Shown: positions 9,808 to 19,399, numbered from the stretch's first letter. The stretch: DNA of 64,000 nt from Candidatus Thorarchaeota archaeon (GCA_048882485.1 JBHLRP010000003.1:96001-160000), one strand, 5' to 3'. A program made the numbers and translations. The notes: a model not told the origin generated them from the letters alone.

Positions 9808-10926
9808 TTAGTCACCTCTACGCTCAGCAAATGTATCGCCGCATCCACGTGTTTCAGCTTTTTCAGCGCGAGATCGGAATTCGAAATATTTCCCTTTTCT
9901 TCCACATGGACAATCATCGATACCTATTATTTCTCCGATGTCTTCTGTGAGGAGTGCCTGACTCGGATAGCTACTAGCAATCGTAGAAAGAATTTCGATT
10001 AATCCAGGTATACCAACAGGTGCTTCCTCCATTGTATAGATATCTCTGATGATCAAATCAGCAAAATCCGGGATGTGTTTGTGACCTTCAGAACAATCAA
10101 CAAAGAGTAAACCAAGTTGCTCTACCATTCCATAATAGTCCAAGATATTGTGAGGTTCTGTCCCAAAGAGCGCTCCGATTTCACGATTAAAGATCTCCTT
10201 GGTGACAGCCTGAGATGTCAGTTTTTTCCATCCGCCACCATGAAGAATCTTTATGTTGGGAATGTTGATAGTCATTCGTTTTTTCTTCAATGCATGAAAG
10301 AATCGAGTCCAAATAATGTATGTGAATCCGAATCCAAGAACTTCTTTGCTTCCATAGTTCTCAGCAAATGATTTGAGTCTGTCAAAGTTTACGCGTAATT
10401 CTCCGTCAATATTGTCCATTACATATACCGTTTTTCTAGCAAAGCTAGAGATTCCTCGAATTGCTGCTCCTCTGGCAGTAATAGATGCAGCTGTAGGATC
10501 GTTGACATCAGCTGTGTCCATAACTAGGAAAGGTCTTCTTGATGTACCAAGAAAACTCTTGAGTGACGCAACAAGAGCTCTCGTTTGACGCATGGCTGTT
10601 GTTTTGTCGATTGGAATCTTGCTTGGAATCCCTGTAGTGGTGGCACTTGATTTCAGTGTTCTAATGATTTGATCATCTGAAACAGTCTGCAGATTATAAT
10701 GCTTGAACATTGATACAGGAATCGGTGCCACATCTCTCAGGGCTTTGATATCTTCTGGAGTGCTACTGTATGATTTGTAGAATTTTCTCAGTGGAAGACT
10801 AGATTCCATTGAGGCATGAACCTGTTGTTTGATAAACGGTAGTAAGATTTGCTCTTTATCCTGTTGAGGCATCTGGAACTGGTCATTCGCAATCATGGAT
10901 TCAATTGTTATTTCTTCAGAATCCAT
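9808..10926 (-). CDS. luxE: LuxE-family acyl-protein synthetase
   Basis: PIPVSMFK, SSATTTG, GFTY, HGGGWKK, YYGMVEQ, LLTEDIG, C-terminal RGCGD (acylated Cys). Confidence 0.9.
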   Translation of the reverse strand: MDSEEITIESMIANDQFQMPQQDKEQILLPFIKQQVHASMESSLPLRKFYKSYSSTPEDIKALRDVAPIPVSMFKHYNLQTVSDDQIIRTLKSSATTTGIPSKIPIDKTTAMRQTRALVASLKSFLGTSRRPFLVMDTADVNDPTAASITARGAAIRGISSFARKTVYVMDNIDGELRVNFDRLKSFAENYGSKEVLGFGFTYIIWTRFFHALKKKRMTINIPNIKILHGGGWKKLTSQAVTKEIFNREIGALFGTEPHNILDYYGMVEQLGLLFVDCSEGHKHIPDFADLIIRDIYTMEEAPVGIPGLIEILSTIASSYPSQALLTEDIGEIIGIDDCPCGRKGKYFEFRSRAEKAETRGCGDTFAERRGD

Positions 10927-11984
10927 TGAACTAACTCCCTAAGATTGCCCTCTTTCATTCGAACTGGAGAGGTCTTGATAGAAGGATCTGCTAATGCTTC
11001 TTCAATCCAGGAGTCAATATCAACTCCGTCCAGAACTCCTGGTTGGATGTATGTAGATAAACCAAGTTCCTCAAAATCACTTTTCAGTTTTGAGTAAATC
11101 GAATCATTTGTAACGTTCTCATGCCATGTGAGGCATTTTGGCGTTAGCGTCAGGACACCAGCACTATGGGGAGTTCCATTTTGCTGCTCAAGAGCATGTG
11201 CAAGTGCATGACAGACACCAACATAAACACTACCTGTCATCAGTCCACCCAGATACCCGGCTTGAAGAAGGATATCAAGAGCTTTTGCACTTCCTGGTTT
11301 CTCTGATAGTTCCAAAGAGGCTTCTTTTAGAAGGGCAATGATTGATTGCGAAATTGCCTTGGTCATTGGACTTGCTTTCTTAGAAAGCAGGCTTTCATTT
11401 GCGTGGCCAAAGATGTCTCCAATAAATACGTGCAGCTGCTTTTCCTCAATTGTCTGAAGAAATGATGAATCAAGAATAGCCACTTCAGGAATAAGTAATC
11501 TGTGAATATGCGGTATCTTTACGCCCTTCTCATTCTTGATCACCGCAGTTCCATTTCCTTCAGATCCTGTTGACGGTGTTGTTGGAATAGCAATTAGGTT
11601 GATAGATCGTGATGCACGCTCGTTTTCGAGCAGGCTAGGGAAATCGATTGAGTGATTTTCTAAAAGCAACCGTAAGGCTTTGCTACTGTCCATTACTTGT
11701 CCGCCACCAATTGCTACAATCAAATCAATCTTCTTTGAAGTATAGATCTCTCTTAATCTGAGAACCTCGGTTTCCGTAGCAGCTGAGCATTTCTCCTCAA
11801 AAATGGAGTTGCCTTCTAGATTTGAAATTGCCTTTTGATATGCTTCATTTTCACTCGCTTCAGGATAAGCGATTACTAGGATTTTCGCTTCCGATATTTC
11901 CCTCAGAAGCGAGATGGCCCCTTTTCGAAAATGCACGCTCTGATTGTACATTAGACTCGGAATAATTGGTGAACCCTGAATCAT
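10908..11984 (-). CDS. Iron-containing (family III) alcohol dehydrogenase
   Basis: AIGGGQVMDSSK, IPTTPSTGSE, DIFGHANE, GVCHALAHAL, PHS. Confidence 0.9.
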   Translation of the reverse strand: MIQGSPIIPSLMYNQSVHFRKGAISLLREISEAKILVIAYPEASENEAYQKAISNLEGNSIFEEKCSAATETEVLRLREIYTSKKIDLIVAIGGGQVMDSSKALRLLLENHSIDFPSLLENERASRSINLIAIPTTPSTGSEGNGTAVIKNEKGVKIPHIHRLLIPEVAILDSSFLQTIEEKQLHVFIGDIFGHANESLLSKKASPMTKAISQSIIALLKEASLELSEKPGSAKALDILLQAGYLGGLMTGSVYVGVCHALAHALEQQNGTPHSAGVLTLTPKCLTWHENVTNDSIYSKLKSDFEELGLSTYIQPGVLDGVDIDSWIEEALADPSIKTSPVRMKEGNLRELVQWILKK

Positions 11985-11988
11985 GTTG

Positions 11989-13488
11989 CTATACTCCCCG
12001 TTTATTCAACTCTTTCAATTCCGACATCATGACCTTTTCAGACTCATTCTTTGGTAGAGTATCAAGGAACTTGATATGTTTTGGTACCTTGAAAGATGGA
12101 AGATTCTTTCTGCAATGATCAATAATCACCTTCTCAGAAAGCGTGCTTCCTCCTCGAATTACAACATATGCTTTGACAGCTTCCCCCATGATGTCGTCAG
12201 GAACCCCAATCACTCCTACTTCAACCACGTCTGAAATCTTGGCTATTGTTGCTTCAATCTCTCGGGGGCTGATACGATGCCCACCACTTTTAATAAACTC
12301 CTTCTGCCTATCTACAACATAGATGAAACCTTCCTCATCTACAGTTGCCAAGTCGCCTGTGTATAGTTTTCCATCTCTTAGATTTTTTGCAGTCCCCTCA
12401 GGGTCTTTCCAGTAGCCCATCATTATATTGCCACCAGAAGCGACAATCTCTCCAATTTCACCAGGACTGACTGGAGTTCCATCCTCTTTTAAGACTTCAA
12501 GAGTTGTCCTTGGAATTCCTTTTCCACATGAGCCAAGCTTAGACTCCAATAGATCTGGGGGTAGATACGATAGTCGAGCTGTTGCTTCAGTCTGACCGTA
12601 CATAATGAATATCTTTGTTGTAGAGAGAGTTTCCATGAGTTCTATAATAAACGGGTTTGTTAACTTTCCTCCTGCTTGAGCGACGAATCGTAGATGAGGA
12701 AATTTCATTTTCTTAAGAGGTGACCTTCTCAAAAGGATTTGAAACGTCGAAGGGACTCCGGCAAACCCGGTACATTCCTTTTCGACCATTTCATCTAATA
12801 CTTTTCCGGGGAACATAAAACGGTTGTTTAAAACATTTTGTCCACCTACTTTAGTTAATGAGTGTAGCCAACTTGCTCCATAGCAATATGAAAATGGAAG
12901 TACAACCATCATTCTGTCCTTTTCTGATAGTTCGAGATATTCTACAATAGAAGAAGTGTTCCAATGAATATTGTGATGCGAGAGCATCACACCTTTTGGT
13001 GTTCCTGTCGAACCTGATGTGAACAATATAACTGCGAGAGTCTTTACTGCATCGATATCAAGAAACTCAAACTCTTTTCTAGGTATGGAACCAAAATAGG
13101 TGGTACCTTCTATGCTTTTTTCATCAGTTATTATATTCTCAAAGTTGTATTTTTGCACCTTTTTGAGATACCTCTTCTGAATAAAGCAAGTTTCAATCTC
13201 GCAGGACTCAACAACAAAATCAAGGTGGTCTTCGCTCACACTATTATGAAGCGGTACTGAAACCAAGCCTGCACCCATTGTACCAAAATATGCTGAAACC
13301 CAGAAGAATGAATTGTCCGAGATTAGTAGGATTTTGTCATTAAGTTTATGACCAAGGTCCATGAGTTTTGCGGATACCGTTTGGATATTGGAATACAGTT
13401 CAGGATAAGTGATTGTTTGATCGCCTGCAAAAAGGGCAATCTTTCGAAGATTCCTTGACTTTTGGAAGAGGTCATTCACTATATTCAT
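11989..13488 (-). CDS. AMP-forming acyl-CoA/acyl-ACP ligase (ANL superfamily)
   Basis: FTSGSTGTPKG, MYGQTEATAR, LYTGDLA, DRQKEFIKSGG, LPKNESEK. Confidence 0.93.
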   Translation of the reverse strand: MNIVNDLFQKSRNLRKIALFAGDQTITYPELYSNIQTVSAKLMDLGHKLNDKILLISDNSFFWVSAYFGTMGAGLVSVPLHNSVSEDHLDFVVESCEIETCFIQKRYLKKVQKYNFENIITDEKSIEGTTYFGSIPRKEFEFLDIDAVKTLAVILFTSGSTGTPKGVMLSHHNIHWNTSSIVEYLELSEKDRMMVVLPFSYCYGASWLHSLTKVGGQNVLNNRFMFPGKVLDEMVEKECTGFAGVPSTFQILLRRSPLKKMKFPHLRFVAQAGGKLTNPFIIELMETLSTTKIFIMYGQTEATARLSYLPPDLLESKLGSCGKGIPRTTLEVLKEDGTPVSPGEIGEIVASGGNIMMGYWKDPEGTAKNLRDGKLYTGDLATVDEEGFIYVVDRQKEFIKSGGHRISPREIEATIAKISDVVEVGVIGVPDDIMGEAVKAYVVIRGGSTLSEKVIIDHCRKNLPSFKVPKHIKFLDTLPKNESEKVMMSELKELNKRGV

Positions 13489-13727
13489 ACTTTAACACCA
13501 TGATTCTTTAGTGCTTCTTTCATTAGCCCGATTGTGGTCATCTCAGTAATTTCTTCAACATCCAGGGCTAAATCCCATTCATCCTCAAACAAAGCCATCA
13601 GGTCCATATGAGTAACCGAATCCCAGCTATCAATGTCGTCAGGTGTACTATCATCCGAAAACTCATCTGGTTCAACACCAAATACCTCGCAGATATATTC
13701 ATTGAATTTATCGAGTTGCGACATCAT
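13485..13727 (-). CDS. Acyl carrier protein
   Basis: 80 aa, very acidic, WDSVTHMDL Ppant-Ser motif. Overlaps the ligase start by 4 nt. Confidence 0.93.
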   Translation of the reverse strand: MMSQLDKFNEYICEVFGVEPDEFSDDSTPDDIDSWDSVTHMDLMALFEDEWDLALDVEEITEMTTIGLMKEALKNHGVKV

Positions 13728-13734
13728 AATTCAC

Positions 13735-14136
13735 CTACTTTGATTTTATATGCATAACTCTGGATTCAGCAACTCCTTCAAGGACAACTTTTCCGTCTTG
13801 ATTATAAACCAATGTTTCTACGGTTGCGACTTTTCTTTTGTCGATGGAAGTAATTGTCAGCTTTGCTGTTACAGTGTCATTGATTCTGACTGGGAAAGTA
13901 TACTTTATTGTTTGACTCATCCAAAGGTTTCCTGGACCAAACATTTTTGTCAATGCAGCAGAAACTAGAGCTGCAGAGAGAATTCCATGAGCGATTCGTC
14001 CTTTGAAAATTGTTCTATTTGCGAACTCCTCATCGGTATGCAGGGGGTTGTCATCACCACTGATCTCAATCAGCTTTTGTATATCTGCTTCAGTGATCTG
14101 TTTACTGATTTCGATAGTGTTTCCAACCTTCATCAT
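13735..14136 (-). CDS. MaoC-family (R)-specific enoyl hydratase/dehydratase
   Basis: SGDDNPLHTDEEFA, RIAHG, GPG hot-dog hydratase-2 motif. Confidence 0.93.
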   Translation of the reverse strand: MMKVGNTIEISKQITEADIQKLIEISGDDNPLHTDEEFANRTIFKGRIAHGILSAALVSAALTKMFGPGNLWMSQTIKYTFPVRINDTVTAKLTITSIDKRKVATVETLVYNQDGKVVLEGVAESRVMHIKSK

Positions 14137-14283
14137 CGGTCGATAAGTGAGATATCGAGCCGTGAATAAATCTTACTAAACGTCAATGATTCATTGCATC
14201 ATTTAGCAGTGTTTAGGTGTGTCGGAGGCCACTGAGGTACAAAAAGAGTTAAGAATAATCCGAGAATACAGCCAGAAAAATCA

Positions 14284-15207
14284 ATGGTTGACTCTCTCAC
14301 CCTCACACTGAGAGGGAACGATATTATGATTAAAGTTCTCTATGTATGGAATACTGCAGGGACTATATCTCCAGTAGCAACATGGCTGAATGATCATGGG
14401 CATGAAGCACGAATCATCATGCACTCATCATATGACAAGTATGGCGCTACTAGAATCTCAAAGGGAGCTGTAATGATAAACTCTAGAAGAGCTTTCTACT
14501 GGTCGATTATTAAATACATTCTACTATTTCGACCGACCCATATTCATGTAAACGCTAGTATTGCTGGTTTAGTCCTTGCACGTCTGTTTGCTCCAACTAC
14601 TCCCATAATTTTACAGTACCACGGCAACGAGGTTCGCTTTAGAAGTAAAGTTCATCCAGAAGCCTTGCTCGCTGACAAAGTGATTGTGTCAACTCCCGAT
14701 TTGAAAAGATTTGGCGAGTGGGTTGATCGGCCAGTAGAGAGTATCTTCTATTATAGAGGTGGAAGGAAAAAGGGAACCGCTCTAATGGTGTACGCCTCAT
14801 ATTTCCCTGATAAACGTGCTTTAGCAAAATCTTGGTGTGCTAAGAATAACATCAAACTACGGATTTATGATCGCGATGCTGAGGGATGGATTCCTTTTGA
14901 GGAGTTTCCTTCTATTCTTTCGAAGTATGAGTACTATCTTGATTGGAAAGGGATTAGTGATTCTCAGACTTGTAGTAAAACAGCACTGGAGGCAATGGCA
15001 TGTGGGTGCAAGGTTATTACAGATTATGATGTTGATAAAGTCTTAAATGACTATAATTTTGCAACCCCCAAGACATACATAAAGCTCTACCTCTCATTGA
15101 AGAAACCATTGCCCTCCATAAGGCGTACGCTAATAGCAATTGCAGGAATTATGAAATGGTTTGCAAACCGGTTGGGCAATTCCCCTGTGCCTTCTGGATG
15201 GAGATGA
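14284..15207 (+). CDS. GT4-like (GT-B) glycosyltransferase
   Basis: PTHIHVN, QYHGNEVR, ADKVIVSTPDL, SKTALEAMACG. Likely start ATG 14326. Confidence 0.78.
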   Translation: MVDSLTLTLRGNDIMIKVLYVWNTAGTISPVATWLNDHGHEARIIMHSSYDKYGATRISKGAVMINSRRAFYWSIIKYILLFRPTHIHVNASIAGLVLARLFAPTTPIILQYHGNEVRFRSKVHPEALLADKVIVSTPDLKRFGEWVDRPVESIFYYRGGRKKGTALMVYASYFPDKRALAKSWCAKNNIKLRIYDRDAEGWIPFEEFPSILSKYEYYLDWKGISDSQTCSKTALEAMACGCKVITDYDVDKVLNDYNFATPKTYIKLYLSLKKPLPSIRRTLIAIAGIMKWFANRLGNSPVPSGWR

Positions 15208-15213
15208 CAACCA

Positions 15214-16128
15214 TTGAAACGATTACGTGTTTTATTTGTGGGGAATACTGCTGGAGCGATGACACCTGTTGCGGACTGGTTGTGTGCGAATGGTCATGAA
15301 GCGATAATCCTAGAAATGTACCACAATGACAGGTACGAATTGACATCAAGGTTTCCTTTTGCAAGAATGAGTACTTCAGCAACTGATTTTGTGGTTTCAA
15401 TAAAAGATGCAATTCTTGATTTAAACCCGACCCACATACATGTTAATGCATATTACAGCAGTCTTCCAATTATTCGAGCTTGCTCTCCATTCACTCCTGT
15501 CATTATGCATTATCATGGAATCGAAATACGATTCCGAAAGAGAATCCATCCAACTGTACGATTATTTGCAGACAAAGTGATTGTATCGACTCCGGATCTG
15601 AGAAAGTATGGAGATTGGTATGGTTGTCCTGTGCCAAAAGAATTCTATTTCCGTGGAGGTCGACAATTAGGAACAGCGGTAATGTTTTTTGGGCAAGTAT
15701 TACCTCTAGCTGACACGGATGAAAAGACGCAGGATGCAGAAAAGATCTGCAAGGAGCTAGGCTTGGAATTAACGATTATAAACAACCAAAGAGGTGAGAG
15801 TGTACCAAGCCATAAGATGCCTGAATTTCTTTCTAGTTTTGAATATCTCTTTGATTTCAAAGGACTTGTACATTCTCCGATTTTTTCTAAAACAGCGCTT
15901 GAGGCAATTTCCTGTGGAGTCAAAGTGATTCACGACTCAGATTTGACCAAGATTTATACATCTTATCCTATCAAAACACCCAAGGACTACTATGAACTAT
16001 ATCTCTCGGTGGAAAATCCCCCAGCATACAAGATACCCTTTCAAATGCTAGCATCTCTGATTCTTACTTCCTATTTTGCTCGAATGTTGGGCAGAAAAAT
16101 CAGGAGTGTTATGAAAAGGACTTCATGA
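15214..16128 (+). CDS. GT4-like glycosyltransferase (tandem paralog)
   Basis: Same motifs: PTHIHVN, HYHGIEIR, ADKVIVSTPDL, SKTALEAISCG. Confidence 0.78.
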   Translation: MKRLRVLFVGNTAGAMTPVADWLCANGHEAIILEMYHNDRYELTSRFPFARMSTSATDFVVSIKDAILDLNPTHIHVNAYYSSLPIIRACSPFTPVIMHYHGIEIRFRKRIHPTVRLFADKVIVSTPDLRKYGDWYGCPVPKEFYFRGGRQLGTAVMFFGQVLPLADTDEKTQDAEKICKELGLELTIINNQRGESVPSHKMPEFLSSFEYLFDFKGLVHSPIFSKTALEAISCGVKVIHDSDLTKIYTSYPIKTPKDYYELYLSVENPPAYKIPFQMLASLILTSYFARMLGRKIRSVMKRTS

Positions 16129-16133
16129 TTACT

Positions 16134-16787
16134 CTATTCAAAAATCCATGTACCACGAACTAAGATGAATGCCTCTGCAAACTCTGTGTTTATATATACT
16201 CCATCGCTTCTCATGATGGCTTCAAAATTATGCGGACTAAACCAATTGTTCCTCAATTCGAATTGGCTTTTATAGCATGCAAGCGCTTTCATTTTCATGT
16301 CCACTTCTTCTTTAGTCAGGGGCACGTATAGGTTTGGATTGAAGTCTTTTGATGTTCCCTTTATTCTATATTGGATGAGTGTCACTCGATGTCTAGTCGC
16401 AGCTCTCAAAGCTTCCTCTGCAACGGTTTTATGATCCTGATGAAAATCTCCATTGTAAGGCGCAATAATTAGATCTAATTCCAAGTCATTCCTATAGTCA
16501 TATATTATATCTAGGATTTCTTGCCTTGAATCTGGTAAGTACTTATTTTCAAAGTCATGATAAATACAACTTTTCACTCCAAGTAATTTTGCCGCTTTTT
16601 CATCTTCCCTCATAAGTTCGCCTTGTGGAAACCTGGTGCCGACGAGAGTGTCATCACATTTCGTAAAAACATGATACTCTATCTCGCATCCCTGCGTTGC
16701 GAGTTTGTACAATAGCGCACCAGCTCCAATTATTGAATCATCAGTGTGTGGTGAAAGAACCAGTGCTCTCTTTGGATTAATCTGCAT
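16134..16787 (-). CDS. PIG-L/LmbE family N-acetylglucosaminyl deacetylase
   Basis: SPHTDDSIIG (HxDD), HQDH, KMKALACYKSQ, FAEAF. Confidence 0.9.
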   Translation of the reverse strand: MQINPKRALVLSPHTDDSIIGAGALLYKLATQGCEIEYHVFTKCDDTLVGTRFPQGELMREDEKAAKLLGVKSCIYHDFENKYLPDSRQEILDIIYDYRNDLELDLIIAPYNGDFHQDHKTVAEEALRAATRHRVTLIQYRIKGTSKDFNPNLYVPLTKEEVDMKMKALACYKSQFELRNNWFSPHNFEAIMRSDGVYINTEFAEAFILVRGTWIFE

Positions 16788-17056
16788 GTCAATATCAATC
16801 CTCAGGACAGCGGATTTTTGAGGTGACTGCCATATATAGTCTTTCCAAAGATCAAGATATATAGCAGCAAATCAGTATCTCGTCTGCGGAAGTGCATCCT
16901 TTGATTGCTTGGGGTTCGGATTGTAATAGATAGTAGTATCTGAATCGCCCCTGTTGAAGTTAAGCTATAGGTGATATTATAAGGAGTTCAGTTTTTGCCT
17001 TTCAAAGAATCGAGATTTCAGCTGGGTCTACCGGGTCTCTAGAGAAGGACTAGGCC

Positions 17057-18103
17057 ATGAGTGGGAAAAAATGGATAATGAAGCAGTATTGGCGTGTAGG
17101 AACCATTCGGACTCTTTTCAGTCTAGTTCTAAGTATGTTAGTATTGGGCAAGTACTACTATGAATTCGTTCCAATACTTGCGCCGCTTGGTTTGCTAGGA
17201 GCACTAATACTCGGGTTTCTGCTTGTCCTCCTCTTCCTCGGTATAGGATATATCTATGATGTAAGACTTAAGCTATGGAATGAGACATTCCAGGTGGGTG
17301 TAGAACGTGATCCTTACCAACAGACTCCAAATATTCGAAGCTACTCAATGGATTTTCCAGTACTATATGCATTTCTTTTAACATTCAGAAAATCACTTCT
17401 CAAAAGAAATCTAGATTTCTCAAAAATTGACGAACTTGTCCAGTACTATGATGCCTTTTTTCATAGAAATGCCACAGAAAAGAATGATCTGGTGGACTCA
17501 ATAAAAAGTAATGAGGCATTTCTCGACAGAAATCCATTCACCAAAGAACGGTTACAGATTCAAAAAGGAAGAAGTAAAGGAGCAAGAATGAAGAAGTCTT
17601 TTCAGACGCAGATATTGAGGATCAATTATGTGCAATCACTCACAGGATCTGTGCAGGACGTCCTCGTCATCTCTGCTTTGTACGTCCCAATTCTTTTTGG
17701 TGCTACATTACCCAGAAACCTTCTCCTCAATATGATTTGGCTCATATCCCTTCCTCTGTTTATTCTTCTGGTTGTTCTTGGCTGGTACTATGATAAACAA
17801 CTTAGAATGTGGGGACCAGAGTTTTCAGTAAGGATCGAAAGAGACCCATATAGCTATGTCCCCGAACCAAAGTTGGTGGCATCATTTTTCCCATTCATTT
17901 ATGCGTTCCTAAGCACATCCTATGATGTGTTGAATGAAATTAATTCGGATACTAGGTACATAGAGAAGATAATTGGTTATTTTGATAGCTATTCTGCCCT
18001 TAGATCTTCGGTGGAGGATGATATGAATCGAGGAAAACAGATTCGATTTGAATTGGGAAACATTTGGATGAAACAGAAAGGAGAAGATACCAATGGGAGT
18101 TAA
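17057..18103 (+). CDS. Membrane protein with two copies of an unknown 2-TM module
   Basis: Each half has 2 hydrophobic helices followed by G(Y/W)xYDxxLxxW...ERDPY. Confidence 0.8.
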   Translation: MSGKKWIMKQYWRVGTIRTLFSLVLSMLVLGKYYYEFVPILAPLGLLGALILGFLLVLLFLGIGYIYDVRLKLWNETFQVGVERDPYQQTPNIRSYSMDFPVLYAFLLTFRKSLLKRNLDFSKIDELVQYYDAFFHRNATEKNDLVDSIKSNEAFLDRNPFTKERLQIQKGRSKGARMKKSFQTQILRINYVQSLTGSVQDVLVISALYVPILFGATLPRNLLLNMIWLISLPLFILLVVLGWYYDKQLRMWGPEFSVRIERDPYSYVPEPKLVASFFPFIYAFLSTSYDVLNEINSDTRYIEKIIGYFDSYSALRSSVEDDMNRGKQIRFELGNIWMKQKGEDTNGS

Positions 18104-18605
18104 AAAATGGTTGATGAAACAACAATGGCGTCTAACTCAAATTAGAGGAATTTGGAGCTTGTTTTATGGGACCTTCATGCTGTCGATTGCGTTCTATGGG
18201 TTTGTCCCTATATTAAGCGAAATGGGTCCAATAGCTCCGTTTATCTTCTCTGCCACTCTCTTTCTAATATTCTTGGTCGGGGGCTATATCTACGACAGAG
18301 TGTTGATTATGTGGGCACCATCTCAAGAGGTGTGGATGGAACGCAACCCTTACCAGTATGTTCCTCAGCCAAGAGACCGCATTTTTTGGTTTCCATTCTA
18401 TTCAATACTACTCGACGTTTCAGAAGAGATGGCAATTAGCTATGGTTTGGACACTTCAGTCATTGATGAGGTTAGAGAATACTATGCAGAACTTGAACAA
18501 TATACTGCAGAACGCAAGGAGGACATAGATGCTGCAAGTAAGCTAAGAGAAAGTTTTCGGGCTAAGCATTCATTCAAGGATATCTTTAACGATGACACAC
18601 CATGA
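18093..18605 (+). CDS. Membrane protein, single copy of the same module
   Basis: KKWLMKQQWR...GGYIYDRVLIMW...ERNPY mirrors the N-half of the upstream gene. Confidence 0.8.
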   Translation: MGVKKWLMKQQWRLTQIRGIWSLFYGTFMLSIAFYGFVPILSEMGPIAPFIFSATLFLIFLVGGYIYDRVLIMWAPSQEVWMERNPYQYVPQPRDRIFWFPFYSILLDVSEEMAISYGLDTSVIDEVREYYAELEQYTAERKEDIDAASKLRESFRAKHSFKDIFNDDTP

Positions 18606-19399
18606 ACCTAGGTGTCCTTCCACAAAGAAAGCTATGCAAACCAAGGATATTGAGAATAATGGAAGAAGTAGTTATAGTCGCTGGGGGATTGGGAATCCGA
18701 CTTGAGGAAATGCAGAAAGAAATTCCAAAGACATTACTCAGAGTAGGTGGCAAGACAATCTTAGACTGCATCATAGCAACCATTGAAGATGCGACTAAAG
18801 GGAAATATCGACTTTTTATCGCAGCTGGCTATTACTATGATGACCTTAAGAGCTATATTGAGGAAAGAGAATCGAAGTATTCAAGAGTAGATGTAGTGGA
18901 GGCCAGGAATTGGATGGAAGGTAATGCATCTACGCTTCTTGCAGTTGAGGATAGGATAGAAAATGACGACTTCATCCTTCAGATGTCTGACCATCTCTTC
19001 ACACCAGAAACGTACAAAGGATGCATCAAGAATACGTCAATACCTCTTCCTTTTGTTTGTGGGCAACCTCGAACAGATGGGATACCAGACTATCTCGATC
19101 TTGATGATGCAACAAAGGTTTTGTCGGATGATTCTTTCAAGATTATAGAGATAGGAAAAGATATTGAAGAATGGAATATGATTGACATGGGCGTATTTAG
19201 ACTCACTAAAGATGCATTTTCTGTAATTGCATCCCTACCTAACAATCAAAAATCTCTTAGTCAGTATGTCATGAAATGGAGATCAAAGCAAGATTTCTAT
19301 GTAAACCCGCAGCCGCAGGCTATATGGAAGGATATAGACACACCAATGGATCTTCAATGGGCAATAAAGATGGATTTACAAGGCATATGGAAGTCATAA
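18602..19399 (+). CDS. NTP transferase, IPCT/choline-phosphate cytidylyltransferase-like
   Basis: AGGLGIRL, PKTLL, GNASTL, MSDHLF, DLDDATKV, IGKD, WKDIDTP. Likely start ATG ~18659. Confidence 0.82.
   Translation: MNLGVLPQRKLCKPRILRIMEEVVIVAGGLGIRLEEMQKEIPKTLLRVGGKTILDCIIATIEDATKGKYRLFIAAGYYYDDLKSYIEERESKYSRVDVVEARNWMEGNASTLLAVEDRIENDDFILQMSDHLFTPETYKGCIKNTSIPLPFVCGQPRTDGIPDYLDLDDATKVLSDDSFKIIEIGKDIEEWNMIDMGVFRLTKDAFSVIASLPNNQKSLSQYVMKWRSKQDFYVNPQPQAIWKDIDTPMDLQWAIKMDLQGIWKS

Noticed and set aside
8519-10926. Bioluminescence (lux) operon
   Set aside because: No luxA/luxB/luxD/luxG in the window. Context is ACP and sugar acylation.
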